From a virus: DNA of 43,365 nucleotides. The position numbers and the translations under genes are program-made. The notes below the pieces were generated by a model. The model was not told the origin of the DNA and did not search any database. It saw nothing but the letters and a program-made list of their open reading frames with translations. Below are positions 35,671 to 43,365 of the stretch, piece after piece (the stretch's first letter is position 1; every line of letters starts with the position of its first letter). The DNA lies in the UHGV virus genome UHGV-1378837. One strand, written 5' to 3'.

Positions 35671-35949
35671 TTAGTCAAATAATCTTTGTCCGCAAAATTC
35701 ACAATACTTCTTTAACGGATTTTCTGTTCCTAAAACGATTGTTCCGCATGTTGGGCAATAACTTCCACAAGTATGAGGTTGTTTGACTATCTGTTTTTCC
35801 AGGGCTTCAATACAGTTTCGGCTGTGTGCCACTGAAAGAAGTGTTTTTTCTGAAAAATCCTGCGGAAAAATCATACCCTTTTCCCGATTTAAACTCTCTT
35901 CCATCGTCAATTCTGTTTTCATCTTTACCTCCAAAATCTTAATTTTCAC
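35671..35949 (-). CDS. Zinc-ribbon hypothetical protein
   Basis: 92 aa, C-terminal CGSYCPTCG...CEFCG. Confidence 0.3.
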   Translation of the reverse strand: MKIKILEVKMKTELTMEESLNREKGMIFPQDFSEKTLLSVAHSRNCIEALEKQIVKQPHTCGSYCPTCGTIVLGTENPLKKYCEFCGQRLFD

Positions 35950-36685
35950 GAATAAGCAGTTTCGGGAACTCCTGCATCAACGGCTTTCCCCATATCTCTG
36001 CTAAACTGGATTTCATAAACACTGGAATACTCTCTGCCTGGCACTGTTCCACAATACTCTCTATCCATTCACACTTTGGAACGACCTTGTCTTTACGGCG
36101 TCCAGTTTCTGCGCCGATGATAACCCAATCTATACCTCTTATGTGATATTCCTCAAATGGCTTTAATAATGGCTCAATGCTTATGAAAGTATGGACAGAA
36201 TGGTGTGTTGAGAAAGAAAAATCTGCTCCCGCTGGCCCCGTCTGCGACCAACCAAACCACATATTAGGCGGCATATAGCAGTTAAGCAATTTCTCATAGC
36301 GTCCAGGATTCTTTGTCAAGAACAGATAATTATGCTGTGGAGCCTTATCACAAGCCTCAAACACTTCATAAATCCATGAATCTGGCACCCACTCCCCAAA
36401 CAAATCCGCCATAGAGCAGACAAATATATTTCTGCCTTTCTTGTTCAGATATTCATTCAAGCGATATCTGTGAAAAGTTGGGTAGAAGTCAAACGGGTAA
36501 GGAAGTACCTTTCCGCTATCTGAATCCTTCCACGGATGAATAACCGTCTCTACATTATTTTCCGCTTTTGCATGACAACCAAAGCGATTTGCTATCGACT
36601 TTGCATAACAATATTCACAACCATGTAAACAGCCCGTGACCGGATTCCAGGTGCTGTCACACCAATCAATTTTTGTTTTATCCAT
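35939..36685 (-). CDS. Phage Gp37/Gp68-family protein (DUF5131)
   Basis: Start MDKTKIDW with AAGGAAA RBS. N-terminus IDWCDSTWNPVTGCLHGCEYCYA closely matches the Gp37Gp68 family signature. Confidence 0.65.
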   Translation of the reverse strand: MDKTKIDWCDSTWNPVTGCLHGCEYCYAKSIANRFGCHAKAENNVETVIHPWKDSDSGKVLPYPFDFYPTFHRYRLNEYLNKKGRNIFVCSMADLFGEWVPDSWIYEVFEACDKAPQHNYLFLTKNPGRYEKLLNCYMPPNMWFGWSQTGPAGADFSFSTHHSVHTFISIEPLLKPFEEYHIRGIDWVIIGAETGRRKDKVVPKCEWIESIVEQCQAESIPVFMKSSLAEIWGKPLMQEFPKLLIREN

Positions 36686-36986
36686 AGTTTTCCTTTCTTC
36701 TGAAAACCTTAATTTACTGGTTCCCAATACCAGTCAACCCGTTGCATGACAATTTCTTTAATATCCTCTTCTATTTCTTCGTCTGTCGCCCCGTCCGGAT
36801 ATTCCAGCTCATCCTCTACATCAGTACCAGCGTATCCATAATTAGCTTTATATTTTACTTTTCTCATTTTTCATCTCCGTTAAAATACTAATTTGCAATT
36901 ATGCTGCTTTTTTCTTATACCAGCCTCTCCATTTCTCCGCCATATTGCACAGAAGCCCGCAGCCCCAACTGGTTCCCGGAATGAGT

Positions 36987-37211
36987 TTACTTTTTCCATT
37001 CCTCTCCGTCTGGATGCTTCGGAGGATATGCCCAATAGCAGAATACCGTATTGGCCGATGCGGGATATATCCCACATTGAAATCCTCTTAAAACACTCCA
37101 ATGTCCCATAACCACATCATTAAGACTATTGTGTCGAATTGCCAATAATACATATCCTGAATTTTTAGGCAGTTCTGACATCGGATGAAATTCAATTTCT
37201 TGTCTTATCAC
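36987..37211 (-). CDS. Small DUF551-like protein
   Basis: 74 aa; LPKNSGYVLLA...VFCYWAYPPKHP echoes the DUF551 C-terminal pattern. Weak. Confidence 0.3.
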   Translation of the reverse strand: MIRQEIEFHPMSELPKNSGYVLLAIRHNSLNDVVMGHWSVLRGFQCGIYPASANTVFCYWAYPPKHPDGEEWKK

Positions 37212-37236
37212 GTCTTTAACCTTTCAAATGTTAATT

Positions 37237-38028
37237 TTAAAGCTTAAGCTCCGCTTGCCCTATCTCATAATTCATCCACAATGTTTCCACTCTAGGTATG
37301 CCTGCTTCTGCTTGCGTTTTCTTCTGCGCTTTCCGCCATCCAAGAAGATACTGGTTGTATAGGTCATTGTCATATCCAGATAGCAATACTTTCCCTGGAT
37401 GTTCTGCGAGTAACTTTAGCAGTTCAATATGTTCTGCATCCCCCATCTCATACCGGTAAAGATAATTTTTCCGTGTTCCATGTAAATATGGTGGGTCAAC
37501 ATACATAAAGACATCTGGCGTATCATACCGTCTAATCAATTCCATTGCTGGTAGATTCTCAATCTGTGCATTCTTTAACCGTTCTCCAGCAGCCAATAAC
37601 CTCTCCGGCAAGTTTCTCCATTCTTTTGTGGTATAAGGACTTTTGGATTGTTGACTACTCCTGAACCCGCTAACATAATAGTTACTGGCTCCATATCCCA
37701 TCCAACATCGTACCGCAAACTTTCTGGCTTTCTCAATATCTGAATTCTCTGGATCATATTCACATGCCCGGTAATATTCGTCACGGCTATATGGTGTCAT
37801 TTCCAGCTGGACAGCTAACTCATTCGGCCTTTCCCTGACTACCTTGAAATAGTTAACCACATTTCCGTCTAAGTCATTCAGTGTTTCAATTCTGGCCGGA
37901 ACTTTATTAAAAAACACCGCCCCGCTACCGAAGTACGGTTCTAAATAAACGTCGTGCGATGGTATGTATTCACATATCCAGTTAGCAATACGGTTCTTGG
38001 CTCCTGGATATTTCAGTATACATTTCAT
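37237..38028 (-). CDS. dam: DNA N6-adenine methyltransferase (Dam/D12 class)
   Basis: N-terminal KYPGAKNRIANWI...EPYFGSGAV (SAM-binding motif I) and motif IV DPPY (YVDPPYLHGT). Confidence 0.8.
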   Translation of the reverse strand: MKCILKYPGAKNRIANWICEYIPSHDVYLEPYFGSGAVFFNKVPARIETLNDLDGNVVNYFKVVRERPNELAVQLEMTPYSRDEYYRACEYDPENSDIEKARKFAVRCWMGYGASNYYVSGFRSSQQSKSPYTTKEWRNLPERLLAAGERLKNAQIENLPAMELIRRYDTPDVFMYVDPPYLHGTRKNYLYRYEMGDAEHIELLKLLAEHPGKVLLSGYDNDLYNQYLLGWRKAQKKTQAEAGIPRVETLWMNYEIGQAELKL

Positions 38029-38058
38029 GATTCACTCCTTTTCAAATAACGATTTAAT

Positions 38059-38310
38059 CTATTCGTTATAGAACATACCTAACAGTTTCATACGCTCTAC
38101 ATACTCCTGTTTGGTCTGACGCACTTTCTTCTCATAGTCTGCCATAATCGCTCCCGTCAGCCTATCCACTGCCTCGCGTCTTTTCCACAAATGTTCCGCT
38201 CGGCAGCCTTTTACCAGGATATTGTTAAGTCCCATCCGGCTCATTCCGGTTACTTCGCACAGGCCATTGACCGTTAGACCCATTTTATTGGCATACTCTT
38301 TTACCGTCAT
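38059..38310 (-). CDS. Hypothetical small protein (possible DNA-binding)
   Basis: 83 aa; MTVKEYANKMGLTVNGLCEVTGMSRMGLNNIL resembles an HTH. Confidence 0.3.
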   Translation of the reverse strand: MTVKEYANKMGLTVNGLCEVTGMSRMGLNNILVKGCRAEHLWKRREAVDRLTGAIMADYEKKVRQTKQEYVERMKLLGMFYNE

Positions 38311-38538
38311 GCCGTCTCACTCCCTTCTGCTTTACGTTTTTGATTGATTTTGTAAATAACGATATAGTGGATGTGCGCCAGACCGGAACCCCTGGCCGTA
38401 TGGTCCTCCATTATCTCTCCATAGGCACATCCGCTGCTGGTCTTACTGGTTGTGCATACACCAGAGCCACGCCAGCTATCTTTACGCAGTCTCGGTCCTG
38501 CGAATCAGGTACCGGTATGCGCTGCTGCGTTATAAGCA

Positions 38539-38805
38539 TTACACGGGCATCTGGTATGGACAAGGACTCCCCAGGTAACACCGGTCCATAAACCCCTCCG
38601 TTTCACCGCTCTCCAGCGCTTTAATAGCCATCTCGTAAACCTGTATCTGCCTCTCTGCCTCTGCTATAAAAGCTATTTTTTCTGGTATCGTGTTTCCGAC
38701 AATTCCAGTGCGTACCATTTGCTCCCATCCCTTATCTGTAGTTTGGTATCGGTATGTATTAATGTGCTCCTGTAATATCGCAATTGCTCCCTGTCTATCT
38801 ATCAT
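38539..38805 (-). CDS. Hypothetical protein
   Basis: 88 aa, 4-nt overlap with the upstream DUF551 gene. Confidence 0.25.
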   Translation of the reverse strand: MIDRQGAIAILQEHINTYRYQTTDKGWEQMVRTGIVGNTIPEKIAFIAEAERQIQVYEMAIKALESGETEGFMDRCYLGSPCPYQMPV

Positions 38806-39254
38806 TCCTCTGCCTCCTTATATGGCTCCGGCAATGGCATCCAGGCCAACACTTTCATTGGTTCTGCCTTATCGTTATGAAAATTTTTCACCCCGAACCG
38901 CTCAAAATAAAATGCTCTATCTGTCACGATATATGCATTTCCCTCTGCATTCCTCTTCTGTGCAGATACCAACACCGGGACTACTGCATATTCTCCTCGT
39001 TCTTTGATTGCGCTTTGAAGCTCTGATTCTGGTAGCCGCTCCGCCACCGGAATCCACTTATGCAGCATCCCCTCTATTTCCTCTGGTTCCAATCCAGTGT
39101 TTTCGTAGCGTGACAGTTTTTCAACACATGCCGTAGCCTCAAACTCCCCGCGGCACCAATATCCAGTTAATTTGTCTGCTCTTTTTCCCTCCGCTCCGTG
39201 CGGAAATTCCTCGTTTGTTGTCAGTCTATTCATCTTTATTCCTCCACGCACCAC
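38802..39254 (-). CDS. DUF551 family phage protein (second copy)
   Basis: WIPVAERLPESELQ...KVLAWMPLPEPYKE, the same signature as 1398..1727. Confidence 0.6.
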   Translation of the reverse strand: MVRGGIKMNRLTTNEEFPHGAEGKRADKLTGYWCRGEFEATACVEKLSRYENTGLEPEEIEGMLHKWIPVAERLPESELQSAIKERGEYAVVPVLVSAQKRNAEGNAYIVTDRAFYFERFGVKNFHNDKAEPMKVLAWMPLPEPYKEAEE

Positions 39255-39559
39255 TCAATATCCCATTTGATTCTCTGCCCACAGTGTCCACAATATGGAT
39301 AATTTGAATTAACCCCTTCACCGCAAGATGGGCACAATCCGATATTCTCTTTGTCTTTAATAAAACACCTTTCATCCTCTGGTTTTTTTGCTATCTGTTT
39401 CTGTAGAGCTGATATGACAGCCTCAACATTTTTCAATGGTATATGTCTAAATGACTTAACCTCTTGGCATCCCATCAATTTTGCATTTTCAACTACCATT
39501 GATAGGTCTTTCGCGATTCCTTCTTCAATCATCCCTCTACCTCCTCCGGTTTTCCACAC
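39236..39559 (-). CDS. Zinc-ribbon hypothetical protein
   Basis: 107 aa; CPSCGEGVNSNYPYCGHCG. Confidence 0.3.
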   Translation of the reverse strand: MWKTGGGRGMIEEGIAKDLSMVVENAKLMGCQEVKSFRHIPLKNVEAVISALQKQIAKKPEDERCFIKDKENIGLCPSCGEGVNSNYPYCGHCGQRIKWDIEWCVEE

Positions 39560-40173
39560 CGCTCAAATTCTATCACCCATACCCAGGGGTTGGCGGTCCA
39601 TCCATAACGGTCAATATTTAACTTATCAACCGTAGAATCCCATAGTTGCGAAAAAACATACTGCTGTTCCTGCCCATTCAATACATGAGGATGCTCTGTT
39701 TTAACCCCTTCCTTTTCTATCTGGTCGAGTGTTATCTTCTGCAACCTCTCCACCCTCACATCTGTCACTTTTAGCCAGATGCGAGCTGCTTCCTTTGGCA
39801 TATGGATTGATGGGTGCCACTTATGCATTGACGGCGGAAACGTATCGTCTTCTGTGGTTCCGTAGTCTGTTCGATATACAAAACATCCTGGTGCTCCTTT
39901 ATATGTATCCGGCGCCGGAGTATTACACGCATTTGCACATCTTGTACAAGGATTAAATCCCCATGTTTCCCGAACATACAGGATATCTCCCAGTCTATAA
40001 TAGGGTTCTTTTACTCTAAGCCCCGTTTTTTTGTCGAATAAACCAGGACCAAGCCCGCACAAACCTGCATACATTGAGTCGTCTGTGTCCTTAATTACTC
40101 TCCGCGTGACTGTTTTGCGCCTTTCCAGGATTGCCCGAACCATGTCACTGTTAAATAATATCGGTCTTACCAT
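39529..40173 (-). CDS. Phage protein with ASCH/PUA-like N-terminal signature (GRKTxTRR-type)
   Basis: MVRPILFNSDMVRAILERRKTVTRRVIK is typical of a conserved Firmicutes-phage family often annotated as ASCH-domain. Assignment by motif only. Confidence 0.35.
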   Translation of the reverse strand: MVRPILFNSDMVRAILERRKTVTRRVIKDTDDSMYAGLCGLGPGLFDKKTGLRVKEPYYRLGDILYVRETWGFNPCTRCANACNTPAPDTYKGAPGCFVYRTDYGTTEDDTFPPSMHKWHPSIHMPKEAARIWLKVTDVRVERLQKITLDQIEKEGVKTEHPHVLNGQEQQYVFSQLWDSTVDKLNIDRYGWTANPWVWVIEFERCGKPEEVEG

Positions 40174-40375
40174 GACCTGCTCCTTCCTCCGCTAAATACG
40201 TGTTTTGATTACTTGGACGCCTAGAAAAATCAGGACATATTTCAGTCCTATCATATGCCGGTCGAAGAAATGCTTTAGTCATAGGTGATGGGTATTTCTC
40301 CATTTCCTTAATCGCTGCCATTCTTTGACGTTCCGAATTCTCGCTATATTGATTTTTCATTTTGTTATCTGGCAA
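40151..40375 (-). CDS. Hypothetical protein
   Basis: 74 aa ORF. Confidence 0.25.
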   Translation of the reverse strand: MPDNKMKNQYSENSERQRMAAIKEMEKYPSPMTKAFLRPAYDRTEICPDFSRRPSNQNTYLAEEGAGHGKTDII

Positions 40376-40376
40376 T

Positions 40377-40574
40377 TCAATTCCCCCTTGCCTGAATGTT
40401 ATCCTTGGTATCGCATGTGTAATGCATTCCTGGTATTGTTATAGTTCTAGGGCATTCATCCACATAACCAATTAACCCTATCTCTTTCATATCTCGCAGA
40501 TATCCCCAGATAGTAGAGCTTGACGTATAACCAACCCCGTCCCCTATTTCCCTGGTTGTGGGGGGGATAATCAT
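40377..40574 (-). CDS. Winged-helix (LexA-DNA-binding-domain-like) small regulator
   Basis: 65 aa; TREIGDGVGYTSSSTIWGYLRDMKEIGLI resembles a LexA N-terminal wHTH. Confidence 0.35.
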   Translation of the reverse strand: MIIPPTTREIGDGVGYTSSSTIWGYLRDMKEIGLIGYVDECPRTITIPGMHYTCDTKDNIQARGN

Positions 40575-40612
40575 GCTCGAACATGTATTGCTTTACAAAC
40601 ACCAGGATTTTT

Positions 40613-41272
40613 TTATGTATTTCCTTCATTTGCTTCCTCCGCCACCCAGTCTTTTACCTGTTTTAACATCAATGCATCATAGTCCATATCTCGCTGGTCA
40701 AAATTGTGAAACTGATTTTTACTGCCTTTGGCGGTCGATTCCTGCCGCTGGCTTCGTACCCAGGTCCTTACCGAGGCTTTCCAGTCCTTCATCTTGTTTT
40801 TCCCAACCATCCATCCCTTTGATGCATAAAAATCAACAAAACTCTCTGGGTCAATGCCATATCCATTCAAAGTGCAATAATCGGAAACATCCGACACCGA
40901 AGGTGGAGTAAATGTTTTTTTATTATTATCATTTACATTATCCTTTTCCTTTACATTATCCTTTTCCTTAGGTTTTGCTTTGGTTATGGTTTGGTTATCA
41001 CTTGGTTTATTATAATTTGATTCTAGGTTATTGTTTGGTTCTGGTTTGGTTACTGGCCTACCACCCTTAGTTCCGTTTTGGTATCTGCGATTATTCGCAT
41101 CAATTTGTGGTTTTGCCATTAAAAACATTGCCGATGCAACACCTGCCGATTTAGGTTCTATTTCATCAAGTCCATATTCTAAGATTGCTGTAAGAGATTC
41201 CAATCTTTCTTTTTCCGGCAGCTGCTTAATGGCTTCCCAGAAGCTGCGATAAAATACAACACTATCTCTCAT
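40613..41272 (-). CDS. Replisome organizer / replication initiator (Lin1244-like N-domain + DnaD-like C-domain)
   Basis: N-terminal MRDSVVFYRSFWEAIKQLPEKERLE...ILEYGLD, low-complexity N/K/P linker, and C-terminal YCTLNGYGIDPESFVDFYASKGWMVGKNKMKDWKASVRTW (DnaD-like). Iteron-like repeats lie inside the linker-coding region. Confidence 0.55.
   Translation of the reverse strand: MRDSVVFYRSFWEAIKQLPEKERLESLTAILEYGLDEIEPKSAGVASAMFLMAKPQIDANNRRYQNGTKGGRPVTKPEPNNNLESNYNKPSDNQTITKAKPKEKDNVKEKDNVNDNNKKTFTPPSVSDVSDYCTLNGYGIDPESFVDFYASKGWMVGKNKMKDWKASVRTWVRSQRQESTAKGSKNQFHNFDQRDMDYDALMLKQVKDWVAEEANEGNT
40925..41060. repeat. Iteron-like direct repeats (candidate phage replication origin) inside the replisome-organizer gene
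   Basis: 2x ACATTATCCTTTTCCTT (40929-40975), then a series of GGTTAT / TGGTTT units (GCTTTGGTTATGGTTTGGTTATCACTTGGTTTATT...GGTTATTGTTTGGTTCTGGTTTGGTTACTGG). Confidence 0.4.
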
Positions 41273-41643
41273 AACCCAGCTCCAAACATACTAATCTGAC
41301 CGGGAATACCTTTATCTTTTTTCTTATTCCGGCTTATAAACAGCTGTGCGCCACGTTCTGCTGCCTTTATACTCTTAGTCCTATTATTCTGGCTGACAAG
41401 CCATTTCTCTGTTTCTTGTCGTCCCTGTGCATCGTCACGGGGTATATAGTAACCTTTCCCTGTTGGCAATGTAAGAATCACTTTATCGTGCCTTAATATC
41501 TCAATGGCGGTTCGTATATCTCTATCCGATTCCCCTATCTTGGATACCAGTTCATCTCTGTTCAATGCATTCTCTTTACCTACAAGGAGCGCATTATATA
41601 CCCTTGCTTGAACATCTTCACTAACAGTTCGCTTATTCTTCAA
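41269..41643 (-). CDS. Hypothetical wHTH-like protein, TTG start
   Basis: AAAGGAGGG RBS 6 nt upstream of the TTG. 124 aa with ...ELVSKIGESDRDIRTAIEILRHDKVILTL... Confidence 0.3.
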   Translation of the reverse strand: MKNKRTVSEDVQARVYNALLVGKENALNRDELVSKIGESDRDIRTAIEILRHDKVILTLPTGKGYYIPRDDAQGRQETEKWLVSQNNRTKSIKAAERGAQLFISRNKKKDKGIPGQISMFGAGL

Positions 41644-41787
41644 ATAATCCCTCCTTTCGGGCCGGGTAAAGGAGGTTTGATAGGTCCCGGCCCAGGGTCA
41701 GAAAGTATATCGTGACATATTAGCATTCTGACCGATAATCATTACCGTTGTATGTATCAGCCTATTGGCATTGATACTAATATCAAT

Positions 41788-42078
41788 TTACAAAATCTTA
41801 TGAAATCCTTTTCCCTCAGCTCTTCTAAGCGTCTTATATCTAAATCTGTTTGGATATATGTATTTTTCTTTGTTGTTTTCAAATGTTACACCTAAAATGC
41901 ATGCAAGTTCTTCGTATTCATCAGAATCATCACAATTCCTGTAATAATGATTGACTATGACATCTTCGTGATACATTCTTTCTTGCCTTTTTAATTCTTT
42001 GTAAGACATTACATATCCCCAAATCTCCTCGCAATCACTTCCGTGTGCATTTCTCTTTTTCTTTTTCCGCTTGTTCAA
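41788..42078 (-). CDS. Hypothetical protein
   Basis: 96 aa, basic N-terminus. Confidence 0.25.
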   Translation of the reverse strand: MNKRKKKKRNAHGSDCEEIWGYVMSYKELKRQERMYHEDVIVNHYYRNCDDSDEYEELACILGVTFENNKEKYIYPNRFRYKTLRRAEGKGFHKIL

Positions 42079-42098
42079 TTTCGGTCTCCTGCTAAATG

Positions 42099-42728
42099 TT
42101 ATTTATTATCAAACTTGATTCCATATACTTTATATTTGCTCTCAAATTCTGTCATACCTATGTTATGCGCTTCTGTATGGTGCTGCCGGCATAGACATAT
42201 TTTCCGATAATCCGAATCATCAACCTTTCTCCGGTTATTCCCCATGCCAATTGTGTTTACATGGTGTACCTCTCCATCTCGACCGCATATAGCACATTTC
42301 CGAAGTTTGAGACATGCATATAGGTAATGGCCTATATCATCGGTACGGTTAAGTGCAAAGTCCAGCAACGGTATTCCCTGTTCCAGCGCATAATCCAGCA
42401 TGGTATTAATAAATTCCCTGGCAGTATCCATGGAACAATCAGACAGGGAAAAATATCCGCATCCAGTCCGATTGATATGTAAATACTTAAGCCACTCTTT
42501 CTCGACTTCTGGCACATTCCCGGAATAAGCCGATATGTCATTGACTGTGGCATAAATCTTTCGGCGCTGGTCTGAACTGATGTGCCTGCCATCATCAAGC
42601 CATATGCTGCAACTATTCATGTGCTTCTCAATAATCGGCTCCATGAGATTCTTCCCAGGAATAAATATCTGCAAATATGTCCCCTCAGGAACCAGCTTGT
42701 ATGCTGTTATATCCGCTGACTCATGCAT
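42099..42728 (-). CDS. HNH-motif nuclease-domain protein
   Basis: C-terminal CAICG...EVHHVNTIGMGNNRR...CLCRQHHTEAH fits an HNH (His-Asn-His) zinc-finger nuclease core. Adjacent to the SSAP gene. Confidence 0.4.
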   Translation of the reverse strand: MHESADITAYKLVPEGTYLQIFIPGKNLMEPIIEKHMNSCSIWLDDGRHISSDQRRKIYATVNDISAYSGNVPEVEKEWLKYLHINRTGCGYFSLSDCSMDTAREFINTMLDYALEQGIPLLDFALNRTDDIGHYLYACLKLRKCAICGRDGEVHHVNTIGMGNNRRKVDDSDYRKICLCRQHHTEAHNIGMTEFESKYKVYGIKFDNK

Positions 42729-42740
42729 ATAATCACCTCT

Positions 42741-43365
42741 TTAATTCCAGGGAAGTCCACTATCCTGCATATCATTTGGAGGCTGGGTTGCTGACTCTTT
42801 ATCTGGATTCCTTTTCAGCTTTTTGATTGTTTCATTCGCCTGAGAACTGGTCATATCATGGATATCAGTCAATCCATACTTTGATAGCACATTCTTAATC
42901 CCTATTCCTGTCCGTTTCAGCTCCAGGAATATTTCATTGATATCAGATTCAGTAATCAAATCAGGATTATTCTGCTTATTGTATTTAGTTCGGTCTGAAT
43001 CCCAATACACATCAGCGCCAATCCCAAGCTGCTTACACGCTACCGATATAGCATCTGTGGTTGCCATCTTATAACATTCGTCCGAAACGTATATGCCGGA
43101 TTTCTCTTTTGATGCAAACATGCTGCCGCCGTTTCCTGGTATTGGTTTAGACCATTCCCCATCAACCTTTACATATAACTCGATATCCACAAAAGCTGCT
43201 ATCTCATTACCCGATGTTTCCAACCACTTCTTCGTTGGGATGTAGTACCATCCTATCCCACATGGACCGAACTGCTCGGTAAGGACTTTTATGCGCCACA
43301 TAGGGTTAATATCGGTCATACCGCTGGTACGACCTCCCTTAATGGTTTTCTTAGCGCTATCTGGA
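42741..43365 (-). CDS. Rad52/Sak-like single-strand annealing protein, 5'-truncated at window end (continues in frame to ATG at 36..38 if the sequence is circular)
   Basis: ...EQFGPCGIGW...VDGEWSKPIPGNGGS...ECYKMATTDAISVACKQLGIGADVYW matches the Rad52-family pattern (FG..GW...DG...G.G...KxAxTDAxKRAx..GxG). Frame is open upstream of the listed Met to the window edge. Confidence 0.5.
   Translation of the reverse strand, partial: PDSAKKTIKGGRTSGMTDINPMWRIKVLTEQFGPCGIGWYYIPTKKWLETSGNEIAAFVDIELYVKVDGEWSKPIPGNGGSMFASKEKSGIYVSDECYKMATTDAISVACKQLGIGADVYWDSDRTKYNKQNNPDLITESDINEIFLELKRTGIGIKNVLSKYGLTDIHDMTSSQANETIKKLKRNPDKESATQPPNDMQDSGLPWN

Larger units (their letters stand above)
1..43365. mobile_element. 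Temperate siphovirus-type phage genome (prophage or circular contig); complete functional module set, apparently circularly permuted at window ends
   Basis: Contiguous phage modules with no host housekeeping genes. Integrase + CI/ImmA/Cro switch, replication, TerS/TerL, portal, capsid, tape measure, endolysin. Window length typical of a siphovirus genome. Frame continuity of the SSAP gene across the window ends. Confidence 0.6.

Noticed and set aside
41653-41786. GC-rich hairpin GGGCCGGG-N19-CCCGGCCC (41655-41690) and 18-bp palindrome ATTGATActaaTATCAAT (41769-41786)
   Set aside because: The hairpin lacks a U-tract on either strand and overlaps the RBS region of the downstream TTG-start gene. 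The palindrome is AT-rich and isolated. They could be regulatory protein sites, but the evidence is insufficient to call a function.
1-43365. CRISPR arrays, a diversity-generating retroelement or retron reverse transcriptase, and toxin-antitoxin pairs of known families
   Set aside because: No regularly spaced direct repeats with unique spacers were seen. No ORF with reverse-transcriptase motifs (YxDD) among proteins over 250 aa. No recognisable TA families by motif.

Overview
Reading frame, gene order and domain content indicate one temperate siphovirus-type phage genome of about 43.4 kb, with no recognisable host genes, probably from a Firmicutes/Clostridia host. The window appears to be circularly permuted. 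A Gp157-like gene at the window start (48..509, minus) is followed by an in-frame ATG (36..38, minus) whose reading frame continues without a stop into the 5'-truncated Rad52-like annealing-protein gene at the window end. Modules in minus-strand order are: recombination/replication (SSAP, HNH protein, DnaD-like replisome organizer with internal iterons, Dam methylase, Gp37/Gp68, three DUF551 proteins); a second, internal tyrosine recombinase; packaging (TerS, and a TerL ATPase/nuclease interrupted by a putative HNH-encoding group I intron); portal; head morphogenesis protein; a 3.3 kb accessory cluster; scaffold/major capsid; head-tail joining; tail (G/GT chaperone with a GGGAAAA -1 frameshift site, tape measure, tip/fibers); lysis (XkdX, M15 endolysin); a putative attP with paired tandem repeats; and integrase. 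The immunity region is ImmA/CI on plus with face-to-face promoters against Cro and a KilAC antirepressor on minus. I also call a tRNA-like element, a Lar anti-restriction gene, a conserved late-promoter motif (AAAATGTGGGGAYG-N18-21-TAWAAT, three copies), a repeated 28-nt element at terminators upstream of the capsid and major-tail genes, and a low-GC membrane-protein pair between the repressor and integrase. All family assignments come from motif recognition by eye, not from database searches.
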